Assembly: GCA_951406725.2 (NCBI GenBank)
Contig: OX597837.1
Span: 42,718,001 to 42,782,000, forward strand
Length of the DNA: 64,000 nucleotides
Reading direction: 5' to 3'
Source: Octopus vulgaris
Taxonomy: Eukaryota
Both the position numbers and the translations under genes were made by a program. A model generated the notes under the pieces. It was not told where the DNA came from. It saw nothing but the letters and a program-made list of their open reading frames with translations, and ran no database searches. Shown one piece after another: positions 40,335 through 55,517 of this stretch. Position 1 is the first letter of the stretch. Every line of letters begins with the position of its first letter.

Positions 40335-40794
40335 ATGTTACATACACGTACATATGTCGCTGGTAACAGCAAAATAGGTCAGATATTGTTCTCTGAGATT
40401 TCGGCAACTGGTTGCCCTGTGAGAAAAATACCATTTATAACAATTAATATCAACAGTAATAAAAATGCGTGTATAGATAAATTCATAACAAAATAGATGA
40501 ACGGAAATGAATGAAAGCAAAATATACCACGGATCGAATAATGAATTAAAACATTTAAATACAAAAAAAAAAAAAAAAAACAAACAGAAAAAGAAAAGAA
40601 AGATAGAAAAGGAGAAGAAAGAAAAAAAGGTTGGGGTGGTGGTAAAGCAGGCCGAAAACAACAATAACAATAACAAAATGTTGCTAAGCATTTTGTCCAA
40701 CGTGCTAACGATTCTGCCAGCAATGTCAAAATTTCCATCGCTCGAAGCAGAGGCAATCAATAGCTTGCGGTCCGTGACAACTTAGCTACTTAAC

Positions 40795-40960
<166 letters not shown>

Positions 40961-41182
40961 GGTTGAATAAAATTTACACGTGTAAATCATCTTGAGTCAA
41001 TTTCTTTCAATGTGTCCGGAAATTATTTACCCATAAAGCGCTAGGATTTGCACTCACATAGCATGCACTGCTGAGCACATTTTATGAAAATGAGACTACA
41101 ATGCACACATAAAAATAAACAAAAAGTACAAAATGGCTGACCGTTAGTAAGGAGAGACACAAATAAGAAAGAAGAGAGCAAA

Positions 41183-41227
41183 GGACCACTGATGAGGTTA
41201 CAGGAGTGTGACGAAAGAACTCTGGCC
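41183..41227 (+). ncRNA. Minimal type-I hammerhead motif, complete core, in repeat 41125-41390
   Basis: ggacca CTGATGA g gttaca ggag tgtgac GAAA gaac TC tggcc. Confidence 0.7.
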
Positions 41228-41521
41228 GAAATATATATTAAGATTAATGTAAAAAATAAATAATGCTGAAGCAAATTAACACCAAATAAATAGTGCATGT
41301 GTTTTTATTGGCTAAACTGGCAAAAATGACCAACATCTGTTTCAACACACGATTTCACATCAAGAATCTTGCAAAACAAACAGTTAAAATATCTTCTTAG
41401 TATATAATGGTGGGAAGTTTTAAATCATCTGAAAAGCGATTAGTTCAACTATTAGCCCTCTTGCATTCTGGGGGGTATCTGAGCGTTTGAGTGACATTAG
41501 ATCCCAACAAATGCCCATAAA

Positions 41522-41609
41522 TTAAGTGCATCAATGCTGGGCCACGATCGTGGCCTGTCGACCTGTACCTGACGGCCACGATCGTGGCCCGTAGCGCTTT
41601 ATGTGTTAA
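41522..41609. mobile_element. Tiny TTAA-flanked MITE with twin 16-bp palindromes
   Basis: ggccacgatcgtggcc twice; TTAA at both ends. Confidence 0.6.
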
Positions 41610-41853
41610 CAATACAACACAGACTTTTCTCAGCTTGTCTCATAGTCTTCTTCAAACTTCTTACATATTACATTTATATCTTATATTTATCATTTATCGC
41701 TTACTTGTTTCAACGATTGGACGGCTGAAACCGATAGAATAAGTACTAGGCTTACAAGGAATAAGTCCTGGGATCGATTTGCTCGACTAAAGGCGATGCT
41801 CCAGCATGGCCACAGTCAAATGACTGAAATAAGTAAAAGAGTAAAAGAAAAGA

Positions 41854-41895
<42 letters not shown>

Positions 41896-42065
41896 GCAGT
41901 TTACGAAAAAAACAAAAGACGAAGACAGGTGGTATACAAAACAAACAGATGTATTAGTATAACGCTCAGGAATAGAAAAAGTCTTTTACGTGTCAAGCCT
42001 ACCTTCTTCTACAGAAAGGGACACAGAAAAAACAAGGAGAGAAAAAATGTGTGTAGTGGCTAACG

Positions 42066-42185
<120 letters not shown>

Positions 42186-42826
42186 CTATCTATATAAATA
42201 TATAGGTCTCAAAAACCCACCCTGTGTGATGTTATTGCCAGGTTGTGTCACGGTGTCTTCTACCTAGCTCGACACCATCACAGTAATAGTATTAAACAAT
42301 ATTACTGTTATTACTTGTACTGTTAAAGGAATTATCATAACAATGGACAGGCGACATTCACCTGTACAAACTTATCCACTACGACTGAATATACTTAAAC
42401 ACACTCCTACCGATAATCAATTGGAAACTACAAAGGAAGGGGCGTAACCGAAAACAAACACCGGTAATGGTGAAACACTAACCTCGGAAACATTAATGCT
42501 TCGACCGCCAAGTAATATCTCCCGTTATACGCATCGGCCATCTTTGTATAATGCTACAACGAACATTTTTCATAAAATGTATTCTGGCTGTGTGTTTCTC
42601 CCAGCTTGTTTTTGTTACTGTAATTATGTAGGATGTTTTTATTATCGTAATTTCTTGCTTTATGATCTGTGTTCTACTGCTTACATATTATAAAAATGGT
42701 AATGTTTTTCGCTTTGGCTAAGGTACATTTGTAATGTACTTTTAGACTGCTTTATATATTACATGATTTAATGCACTAAAATTATTTTTTTTATCCCTGA
42801 ATATGCACTGTTGAAATTGGGACGAG

Positions 42827-43358
42827 TTTAACCCCTTAGCATCTAAACTGGTCATATCCGGCCAAAAGTATTCTGCCTGTTTTATGTTCAAACTGTCCAG
42901 ATCTGGTCTCTTCATCATCATTGTTCGACCGTGGTCGAGACAATGGAATTTACCATGCTACGCCAGACTTCACGGTCCATCATGGCATTACGGAGGTCCT
43001 GTTGCTGGATGCCTGTATCCCTGGAGATTACATCAGGGTAGGAGAGTGTGCGCCCTCTGGTATCGCGAGTAGATGGCTTCCAGAGGAGAAGAGTAGAAAT
43101 TACCTCTTTTTCAGCTCTACAACAATGTCCAGCAAACTGGACTCTCCTGCTTTTCACAAGAGATGACACAGGTGGTAGTTTCCCATATCTTTGCACTTTG
43201 GTTGGATGGTCTCTCACACCAACCCTACAATGTCGTTTTAAAAATTAACTGCTACCTCATCAAAATCTCATAGCTACAAGATAATGCATGATTAGTTCAA
43301 AACAATGTGGATGAAAAAGCATTAATTTTGGTAGAATAATGCAAACACTAAAGGGTTT
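42827..43358 (+). mobile_element. TTAA MITE split by an RTE insertion
   Basis: ttaaccccttagcat...cactaaagggtt; the two halves rejoin across 42912-43206. Confidence 0.85.
42912..43206 (-). mobile_element. 5'-truncated RTE-clade LINE (open ORF C-terminus, (TGA)n tail)
   Basis: HPTKVQRYGKLPPVS...FAGHCCR...LLLWKP...MMDREVWR...EQ*; 8-bp TSD tggtctct (42904 / 43207). Confidence 0.9.
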
Positions 43359-43668
43359 ATACACCCAGGTGTCTTTTATACCATTAAATATTGTACACAC
43401 ACACACATACACACGCACGCATACACACACACACATCCAATGATCATCCATGGCAAAGGATAACGGAAGTTACCAGTTACTACAAAATATATCAAATGCA
43501 TTATATGCCAATACTGTGTTGTACGGTGTTAGCTATTGAATCATTTGTTAAAGTTATTTCTAGATTTTCTATAGAAAATATAACCATATCCTCGACTGGG
43601 GATATTCTTCTTTTATACATTCTCTGACTTCTCCAACATACATTTTCTGACACCGCTATATTCAGTGG

Positions 43669-43905
43669 ATATAAGGCGGCGAGCTGGCAGAATCGTTAGC
43701 ACGCCGGGCGAAATACGTAGCCGTATTTCGTATGCCGTTACGTTCTGAGTTCAAATTCCGCCCAGGTCGACTTTGCCTTTCATCCTTTCGGGGTCGATAA
43801 ATCAAGTACCAGTTACGCACTGGGGTCGATGTAATCGACTTAATTCCTTTGTCTGTCCTTGTTTGTCCCCTCTGTGTTTAGCCCCTTGTGGGTAATAAAG
43901 AAACA
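43669..43905 (+). mobile_element. SINE family C, full length
   Basis: 12-bp TSD tatattcagtgg (43657 / 43906). Confidence 0.93.
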
Positions 43906-44220
43906 TATATTCAGTGGCTACTTAAGCAATGAGTTCATGGAAGGTTAATGAGTTGGATGTGGTGCTAATGAACGAGCAAGAAATCTGCATATATGGCATA
44001 TACATTCATTATCTGTTTTCCCATCTGCAATCTCATTGCTGTTTATATTAGGCGTATTCGGATACGAGACATCGTAACAATATTCGTGCTGGTTATATTT
44101 TCTATAGAAAATCTAGAAATAACCTTAACAAATGATTTTATAGCACTGCTAACACGAAACAAAACTCCGTTGCTGGGAAACTTAGACTTCGCAACGGGTC
44201 ACGGGTAGTCTAGTCTAGTA

Positions 44221-44319
<99 letters not shown>

Positions 44320-44508
44320 ATATATATATATATATATATTATTTGCACGACAGGCTTCTTTCAGTTTCCGTCTATCAAATTCACTCATAAGGCTATGATC
44401 AGCCTGAATCTTTAGTAGAAGGTACTTGACCAAGGTGCCACGTAGTGGGACTGAAACCGGAACCATGTGGTTGGGAAGCAAGCTTCTCATCACACAGCTA
44501 CTCCTCCA

Positions 44509-44576
<68 letters not shown>

Positions 44577-44857
44577 CATACATACATACATACATACATA
44601 CATACATACATACATACATACATACATACATACGTGAATGACATGCTCTTTTTAGTTCCATCAGCATCGTCCGCCAATATAAGAACGGGAATCCTGTAAG
44701 ATATCCAGAGAATTTCCCAAGAGAATTAAATCAACTGGGAATTAATTTAGAATTGTTTCTTCTGAAGAGAAGCTGCCATTCCGTTTCAATACCGGCCTTT
44801 ATCCTCTCTCTCTCTCCCTCTCCCCTTTCTCTCCCCCATCTCTCTGGCTTTGTCTCT

Positions 44858-44901
<44 letters not shown>

Positions 44902-45066
44902 CTATCTTTCTTCTTCTTCCAAGAGTGAAAAAAAATCAATTATAAATATGTTAATAAAGCCACCTGAGATTTCTATTCTCATAATCTCTCCGATGGAACT
45001 TCAATTGAACAACATGCGTTTGGAAAGAAAGAACAGCTGTTACACAACAAATGCATTTAATAAGGG

Positions 45067-45115
<49 letters not shown>

Positions 45116-45196
45116 AACTTGTTTAGAAATTGATGCGTGGTGTTCAATTAAATAATGATATAAATAATATACATACATACATATACATATACATAT

Positions 45197-45260
<64 letters not shown>

Positions 45261-45447
45261 GGCGATTTTTTTCCTCTGTCTTCCTTTCTCTGGATCTTTC
45301 CTTCTCCTATGTTCCCGACGAAGAGCTCCGCTCGAAACGTTAAAACCCCTTCTTTCTTTCTTTCCTGAGCGTCCAATAATACTATACTTGTTCCACGTCC
45401 TCGCGTTGTTGTGTTTTTTTTGTGCTTTCATGTTTGGATTAACTTTA
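45261..45447 (+). mobile_element. Second copy of the (AT)n-embedded variant-hammerhead element (motif 45311-45346)
   Basis: Reverse complement of 23615-23822. Confidence 0.75.
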
Positions 45448-45451
45448 TATA

Positions 45452-45508
<57 letters not shown>

Positions 45509-46493
45509 TATATGGTTACAGTACGTCGCCAACAGTAAACAACATGAAACACGGAAACAAATGTGTTAAATACGCAAATAACGAGAGAAAGAAAACGACA
45601 AGTAGTACAAAAAATGACCCTTCATCAGTTGTCAGCTATCTATTTTCTCAGCAACAACACATAGGTCCACTAAACCGGAACTTATTCGGCCTCGATTCTG
45701 AGGCGTTAAACAACCGAGAGTCGGAGTCTGATCTTGACTCCAGGACGGGTCTAGCGGCGTATGGTGGTTGTTGTACTGGATGTGCAGCCGCACCCAGTGC
45801 CACCAGATTTCAAGCAAGGGTATAACAAAAGTTTTCCATTAAGATCTGAAATTAAACTAATAAGGTTAATATTTATAATGAATTTGCCATTTTCGATGGT
45901 AGTGCAGCGCGCACCTAGCACACCCGGAATATACGCTCCTGAACGGGACTTCAATTTGGAGCAAGGCTAACCCCTACATTTTTTGTTTACTGATATCAAG
46001 GATAGAACATCCTATCCGTTCCAGAGCCCACTACTTAACCATTATGTGCATAATAAATAAGGAAGTAAACACACGAAGACTTTGGCTGAGTAGCATCACG
46101 ATCGGGTTGGGGAATCTTTCAAATGCATACAAGTTTGATACCGACCGCTAATGATACGCGAAAACAAACATTATATATATATGAGTCATCTGTGTACCAT
46201 ACCTAATGCATATATACCATTGAAACTCAAGGTGTTGTAGTTTTGTCTGAGTGAAAACACGTTAGGTAAGGTACACGCCGGCTACTTTCATTTAATGCTG
46301 TTTCAATTGCGTACACCGAGTTTTATTCCACTCAGCAAGCTCTTTGCAATATCAGTGAATGTATTAGTCATTATAGGCTATATATCGGAAGGAAAAGAAT
46401 TTCTTCTGGGCATGTGAATGGTCAAGGACGCCGACATGCGTCTGACCTTTCCATGAGTCACAGCTGGGATGATGTTAACTTCTCTCCAATAAT

Positions 46494-47290
<797 letters not shown>

Positions 47291-48126
47291 TATTGCAGTG
47301 TATTCTATATTTGTTTTTTTAACGCAACATATGTACGAAAAAGAATAATAGTTTTCTGCTCTAGGATCAAGGCCGGCAATTTTTAGTGGGTCGAATAGTG
47401 AATACCGCCGACGCCATTGCTCGACTGGTATTTTGTTTTATCGACCTCGGAGACCTCGGAGACATGAAAGGCGAGGTTAATCTCTGAGGTATTTCAACTC
47501 ACAACATTAAGAGCCAGAACGAAAACGACTAAGCATTTTGTCCGACATGCTAACGATTCTACCAGCTCCGTATTACGATATAATTCGCTTCGCTATGAAA
47601 TTGTTAAATTAAAGTTTCATTACCGTTTGTCTTCGGTATAAATGCACCCAACCGTTCTTTTTCTTTGCGCAATTACTGCTCGTCTCTGGCACTATTAAAG
47701 TTCTCTACCCTTGCTCTATATGCTCCATTTAGAGAAATACTTGGCCTCATTTTTGATACAACTGCATATATGCTTTGCTCGTCTCTATTTTCAGAGCAAC
47801 TTAATCTCCACTTCACACATATTATAAGATTGCTTTCTTAATGAGGCCCAATTTTTGCCCGTTATTCCTTCTAGAAGAAACGTTCACATGAAACAAGCAA
47901 GACATTGCTGTATTCGTCTGGAATCTTTTCTTCTCATCCTTGTGTAAAATCTAAAAGTCAGGCATTTCTCAAACCTTGAGCTTGATTCCACATTGCTCAG
48001 CTCTTACGTTGCTTACCTACTAGTTTCTCAGAATAATTGGTAAGTATTCTTATAACGATGAAGGTGGTTAGAGACACGGGTTCGAATCCCAGACCGGGAA
48101 GCACGCGTCCTCAAAAAAGACACTTC

Positions 48127-48413
48127 GTATCTTTTTTTCTTCACAAATGTAAATAAACCCAATCTGTTTCTTAAACGAGGGACATATTCATACAGCACAG
48201 AATATTTTCACCTCAATAGACGTCATTGATTGGTTGAAATTGCAGAAATTGAAGCAAAAAAACAACAAATATCTTACAAACTATAGAATTTTCTCAATAA
48301 AGCCAAGAGAAAAAGATGTTTTATAAACACATTCTACCAGTATACGAAGTTTAAAAGTGATTAGTTACGTGGAAATTATTAAAAAAAAACTGCCGGTCAA
48401 ACCGAAAAGATCC
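48127..48413. mobile_element. Merlin-like MITE, truncated, inverted relative to 7533
   Basis: Reverse complement of 7533-7820. Confidence 0.88.
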
Positions 48414-48899
48414 GAGTGACCTACAGATAAACATTATCATCGTCGTCGTCGTCGTTGTCATCGTCGTCTCCGCCGCCATCTTGGTCTTCACTCATTTCGC
48501 TAGTCATTACCATCAAACCGATACCATAATACTAAGCTTAACGAAGAATTATTTGTCGGACTTGTTTGGGGGAATCGTTACTAAGATCTTCTTCGCAGCC
48601 ATACATACTTAGAAAACGACTTCGATTAAAATAACAACAAAAGAGAACAATGCAAAAAAAGGGGGGGAAAAAAACAAGATGGAAAACAAACTAAAAAAAA
48701 CCAAAAAGACAGAAACAAAAGGGTCTGTTTAACTGCCCAATCAGGTTAGGCTTGTTTCAACAAAAGCCTCTGCTCGATGGAAATGCGTGGTAAAGATAGA
48801 TCGAATAATGGTAAAAAAAATAAGACAGCGAATAAAAAGAGCCGGAAGCGAAGTGTAAGTAAATGCAAACAGTTATATATATCTGTTTGTATACGAGTA

Positions 48900-48945
48900 T
48901 GTGTGCTAATGTGTACGTACGTATGAATATGTGTGTGTGTGTGAA

Positions 48946-48977
<32 letters not shown>

Positions 48978-49010
48978 AATGTGTGTGTGTGTGTATATAT
49001 ACGCACATAC

Positions 49011-49041
<31 letters not shown>

Positions 49042-49239
49042 CATACATACATATATATTCACACACACACACAAACAAGCACATATATGGATGTATATAC
49101 GTACGAATATGTTTGTATATTTATATTATATATACACACACATACAAAATATACATATGTATACATACATACATTCACACACGCGTGAACTTGTGTCTGT
49201 GTGTGTATATAATACACACACACAGCCACAAGTACACGC

Positions 49240-49284
<45 letters not shown>

Positions 49285-49859
49285 CGCACACACATATATA
49301 TACACACACATACATACATATACACATACATACATACATACATACATACACACATACCTACCTACATACATACACTTGCATACATGTATATCGTCATTAT
49401 AGAGAAAGTGCCATTAGTTGCGAAGAACAGGTTTCAGAATCGAAACGGTTATAACTCTGCAAACTAATCACACACACACACACACACAAGGACACACAAA
49501 CACACACAGACACACACACACAACGGCACACACACACAAGGACACACAAACACACACATACACACGCACACAACGACACACACACACACACACACACAAG
49601 GACACACAAACACACACAGACACACACACACACAACCACACACACACACACACAAGGACACACACAGACACACACACACACACGACACACACACACGACA
49701 CACACAGACACTCACACACAGACACACGCACACACAAACACATTCACACACGCACACACACACACAACGACACACACACACATAAGGACACACACACACA
49801 CACAAGGACACACACACTCACACACACACAGACACACACACAGACACTCACACACAGAC

Positions 49860-49895
<36 letters not shown>

Positions 49896-51131
49896 GCACA
49901 CGCACACACATACATTGACACGCAAGAAAAAGTGTCAATGGTTTGTTCCCAAATGAAATAATGGCGAAGAAGGAAGAGTTTCCATTCTTCGACCATGTTG
50001 GCTCGTGTGTCCTGGCATTTAATTCAATTTGCCAAATTCTGGCATTGTCGAAGATTTGTCATCTTAATTTCAATCATTGTAAATTTCATCCCGCTGTTAT
50101 ACCTACCTACCGACCGACCTACCTACCTACCTACCTACCTACCTACCTACCTACCTACCTACAAACCTACCTACCTACCGACCTACCTACCTACCTACCT
50201 ACTTACCGGCGTACTTACTTACCTGGCTAACTTACCTGTCTACGTACATACACACTCATACAGGAGTACATATATATATCTTGGAAATTTATCTATACGT
50301 ACATACATACATACGCACACACAAATGTGTGTGTATGTATGTGTATATGTATATATATACACACATATATATATGTATATATATATATATACACACACAT
50401 ATATATATACATATATTTATATGCATATACATATATATATATACACACACACACGTGTATATATATATATATACCTATACATATATATATGTTCATATAT
50501 ATATATGCATATACAAACATGTATATGTGTGTGTATGTTTGCGTATGTATGCATGTATGTGTGTGTGTGCGTGTGTGTGTGTATGAATGATAGAAACAAG
50601 TGTTTTACAATCACATCTCAATTCGTCTAAGACCGAGATTTTCTTTGTCATTGAAAATATTCAATAAATAATTAAAAATTAATTTAAGTAAGCTGTGACA
50701 GCAATATTTCTGTTTGTCGGTGTGTGACAGTCTCTCTGTCCGTCTGTCTGCCTACCTCTCTCTCTCTCTCTCTCTCTCTCTCCCTTACTCTTACTGTATA
50801 CGCACATACACACATATATATACAAACATGCAGACACAAATACACACACATAAAAAAAATATATATATTCATACTTATATGTGTATGTATTCCTCCATTC
50901 ATGTGTGTATGTGTGTATGCGCATGCGTGCGTCCGTGCGTCTGTCTGTCTGTCTGCATTTATGTATGTATGAATATCTGTCCTTTTATCAATCAGTTAAT
51001 GAATCTATCTATCTACCTATCTATCTACCTACCTACCTACCTACCTACCTACCTACCTACCTACCTACCTACCTACCTATCTATCTACCTATCTACCTGT
51101 CTATCTATCTAGCTGTCTATTTATCTATCTG

Positions 51132-51181
<50 letters not shown>

Positions 51182-51330
51182 AATCTATCATACACATACA
51201 TATCTTATACATATTATATATATATATATGTATGTATGTATTATGTATGTATATATACACATATGTACACATATATTTTTATACGAAGATGCTTGCATAA
51301 ATACATACATACTACATACACACTCACACA
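48900..51330. repeat. Microsatellite-dense tract (CA, ACCT, ATCT, AT)
   Basis: Direct reading. Confidence 0.9.
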
Positions 51331-51550
51331 CATATCCTTGCACACAAATACAAATCAACACAAAGCAATGATATACCACTGATACAGACATTACTTGACA
51401 GCTTCTCTGTTAAAAGAGAGACATCGTCACACTGAACTTGAAAAGAAAACAATTTACTAGGACTTTTCTTATCAGAACATGAGATTTTCAAGTATCGTAT
51501 TTAGTCTATTATTGAGACAGAATGTGAGAAAGTAAACGACCAGAATTATA

Positions 51551-51847
51551 TATTTCTATATCAGCCACACAGAGCTGCACACAGACGGGACAAGTTACAT
51601 GGTAGAGCTTTTCTTTTTGGGGATAAAAAAGCGGGTTGGTTTTCGATCAAAAGGGATCATAAATGGAAAGAAAGAAAGAAAAAAAAAGGTGGGAAAAATA
51701 AAAATAAAAGGGAAAATAAAAAAATCGATCAATAGGGATCGTTATCACAGAAATGTCAATATAAAGTGTAAAGGGGAAGACAGGTGAAGTTTACCCGTGG
51801 AAAGAAAAGCCTACGGAAAAGACCACGGTAACCTCTTTTCCGTAGGG
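51551..51847 (-). mobile_element. 5'-truncated retroposon with a family C-like 3' tail
   Basis: 13-bp TSD gaccagaattata (51538 / 51848); tail resembles that of family C. Confidence 0.8.
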
Positions 51848-52231
51848 GACCAGAATTATAAACGCGTCATGCTTATAAACGGAAACCGTAACTTAGGATT
51901 GGAAGAAACAGCCGACCTTGTGTGGCACCAGTAACACTAATGATAGGGGAACTGTTCATTGAGGGTTTCCATAAAGACGGAGGTGTGACTCTATTGTAAG
52001 AAGCTTGCTTCCCTACCACATGGTTTTGCGGGTTCAGTCCCATTGCGTGGCACATTGGGCAAATGTCTTCTACTATAGCTTCGGGCCGACCAAAGCCTTG
52101 TGAGTGGATTTGGTAGACGGAAACTGGAAGAAACCCGTCGTATACATACATACATACATACATACATACATACATACATACATACATACATACATACATA
52201 CATACATACATACATACATACAGACATACAT

Positions 52232-52783
52232 GGTGGCTGCCCCCTCGTTATCGAGTATGGCTATTGCACGAAGCTTAATCAATGTTGTTATTGTGCAATG
52301 CCTGTGCAAGAAGATTTTTTTTTAAAGTGAGGAAAGGCTGTGCACTGAGTCAACCCCACTCACTAAGCAACAGCAGCCATAATCCGAAAAGAAGAACAAG
52401 TCAACATCATCGGTAACCACTGAGCCGCAGGTTTTATGTCGGAGTTATCCCAGTTACCTGAGTTACCTTCTGCTAGAAGGATGCCCTGACAAAGGCTAGG
52501 AGTCCTTCACTCCCAATGGTTTAACTGCGCGATCGGGTATTCAATCCGATTATTTCTATGTCCCCGCGCATGATACAGCTTTAAGACATTTATTGGATGG
52601 TCGTTGACTCTCAAGAGTTCCTCCGCCCTTTGACGGGTTTTGTTTTTCATCCCGCTGGGTGACCAATAAACACCCTCCTCACCAAGCGAGCTTGGTGGGG
52701 TTGCCGGTTTAGTCGCCGACGACCCGACCATGAAACAGGTAGTACTGGGTTACATGTTACCAGTAGCACTCGAAAGTGATCTG
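52232..52783 (-). mobile_element. Non-autonomous bipartite RTE derivative inside the microsatellite of a family A SINE
   Basis: RTE 5'UTR-like agcctttgtcagggcatccttctagcagaaggtaactc (52460-52497); RTE-like 3' end catactcgataacgagggggcagcc; no ORF. Confidence 0.65.
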
Positions 52784-52889
52784 ACATACACATACATACA
52801 TACATACATACATACATACATACATACATACATACATACATACATACATACATACATACATAAACACACATATTACTAAACGTTTCTAC

Positions 52890-53033
52890 TATTGGGTTGT
52901 CCGGAAAGTTCGTGCCGATATTAAAGGAAAGAAAAAGGTCAATAAATACTTGCCATTACATTTTTATCAACCAAATATGAACCATTTTGTTGCACAATCT
53001 TTCTTTTAACTTGAAAATACCCTCTTCCCAGAA
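52890..53033 (-). mobile_element. Mariner 3' remnant
   Basis: ta-ttgggttgtccggaaagttcgtgccgat terminus; FWEEGIFKLKER/KIVQQNGSYLVD. Confidence 0.8.
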
Positions 53034-53665
53034 ATGTGGTTCGTAAGCAAGCTACTTACCACACAGCCACTCCTGCGCCTATTGTTTATAAACTTCAGTT
53101 GCAACGTGTTGTATAAATACCACAACGATCATACGAACCCCAGTTGAGATCCTCAACTCCAGTAGCTAAAGTACGTGAAATACATAATCGATATTCTTGT
53201 CAGAAAAAAGCGCACAAAAGATGTAATCCTGTTCCTGAAGCTTTGAATGGGTAATGTCTTGATGACGTCAGCATCATTTGTGCGAATCGCGTTCGTGTAA
53301 CTTAGATTATCTTTTGTTTATTGTTTTTTTTCTTCGGATGCTGATCCGGGTTCGATTTCTAAGTGTTTTGACGGCTGCTAAACATTCCTACATGTACCTA
53401 AACTGGTATAGCTTTAGAATTATAGTAGCATTGGTGTGAATAACTCCGACACAAAACCCAGTTCAACGAGGGAAAATATACGCATTAATTAACTGAAATA
53501 GCTTTTCAGAATGAAAATTATTAACTAACAAGTTCGGGCATGGCTCTGTTGTTTAGAGATTCGCTTGGAAACAACGTGGTATCGGATTCAATCTAACTGT
53601 GCCGTACCTTAGGCAAGTGTCTTCTAAAGACCCGGAAATTGGTGAACGGAAATTGTGCAAGCTCA

Positions 53666-53717
<52 letters not shown>

Positions 53718-53860
53718 ACACACACATGTATGTTTGTATGTATGCATGCATGTATCTATGTATGCATGCATGTATGTATGTAAGCATGTATGCATGTATG
53801 TATGTATGTATGTATGTATGTATGTATGTATGTATGTATGTATGTATGTATGTATGTATG

Positions 53861-53919
<59 letters not shown>

Positions 53920-54175
53920 ATGTATGTATTCATTTATTCTTTTAATCTTTTGTTTCAGTCATTTGACTGCGGCCATATAAAACCCGCTGGTCTACTGAGC
54001 TGGATATTTTTCACTTTGCTCGTCTCTGGGTTCATTCGTATTACTAGTGAGAATCGTTGTAGTATTGTGCAAGTTGCACTCGACTTAAACCCCTTGTACA
54101 AGCATTGCTGACACTCAACCTGTCAGCATTGGTCATGCTCGTCTAACGAGTGGACAGCCATCATCATCACTGTCC

Positions 54176-54615
54176 AAAGTGTGTCATTGAATTTTAACTT
54201 TCTATTCAATGTACGTCACTAATATTTAATTTTCCACGCGAAGTATGCTAGAATTTTAAAAATTTTCCAAGCAAAGTATCTCAGCATCGACTAGAAAGAT
54301 TTAGCTGAACAAACCACCACCAATACTAATATTTTAATACTGCTTATTCTAATAATTTTTTAATAGTAATTATCTTATCGGTCTCGGTGTCTTTTGCCGA
54401 GTCGCTAAGTTACGGGGACGTAAACAAACCAACACAGATTATCAAGCGGTAGTGGAAAGACGCACACAAAGTACCTCAAGTTTTAACATTTCATGAAACA
54501 TCTACTGGTAATATTAAACTTAAAATTCAAAATGTGCCATTAAGTTTTAACTTTCCACACAAAGTTTTCCACTAATGTTTCAACTTCCATTGCAAAGTGC
54601 GCCATTGAACTTTTA
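54176..54615. repeat. Decayed ~30-bp minisatellite interrupted by a SINE A fragment
   Basis: Recurring aaagtgtgccactaa.ttttaactttccacac-like unit. Confidence 0.6.
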
Positions 54616-55517
54616 TTCGATATCAGAAAAGCAGAAAGACAGAACAATTTTCCTAAGAAATTCGGTCGTTACAACATTCTCTCTTTAAATGGATACGGCT
54701 TCATACAAGAACTAAATAGTTATTCTCAGCCACTAAAATAAAGATGTCCTTAGACTAATCACGTAGCGATAATAAACATCGGCTGTCATGTTACTGTGAA
54801 AGATATTATACACACACAATTAGCAGCCGCCTCCTCCAGATTGTCTGTAAATCATTACTTTATTTTCTAATAGGCAAACCACTGTATATCTAAGGCCATA
54901 TATAATTCCAGGACAGATTACTTCATTTGAAGGATAGCCGTCTTTCAACCGATTAGTGATGTGAAAAGCGGGAGATAAGCTCTAACGCTCCGCATCAATA
55001 ATACAGTACACTTCTAAGAGGCAGACGATACACAGAAGAAGAATTTGCGATGAAAGATCTTGTCGAATTTAGGTTTAATCAATAGTTCCTCCAAATATCT
55101 CAGACAACACCACATAAATTTCTTGCATTTGCTCTATGTTGTTTTTATCAAAGAAAATAGGTAATGACTGTGATAGACTATTAAGATCGTCTGTTTCATC
55201 GTTTTCTGTATTCCAGTAAAAAGCGGCTAATTTGCTTTTACCTTTTTCTCATTAATATCTTCTATTGACTCACTGTCTCTCTCGCTCAGCGATTACTCCG
55301 TCATTTCTTTTCTTCGACATGCTAATTTTTCTGATATGTTTCATTCCACCTTAATATTAAAAGAAACAACAACAAAAAAACTCGTTTTATCTATGTGGTC
55401 AGATGAAATCAAGACACAATTACTGTAGTAGTAAAAGTAGTACTACAATAGTAGTAGTATTAGTAGTGGTAGTGGCAATAGTGGTAGTAGTAATAGTACC
55501 AGCAACACTCCAGTAGC

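Noticed and set aside
47640-48030. Possible decayed transposase
   Set aside because: No diagnostic motif recognised
52704-52735. Twister-type P1/UAA/P2 arrangement
   Set aside because: The internal loop is too short and the L4 pseudoknot partner is absent
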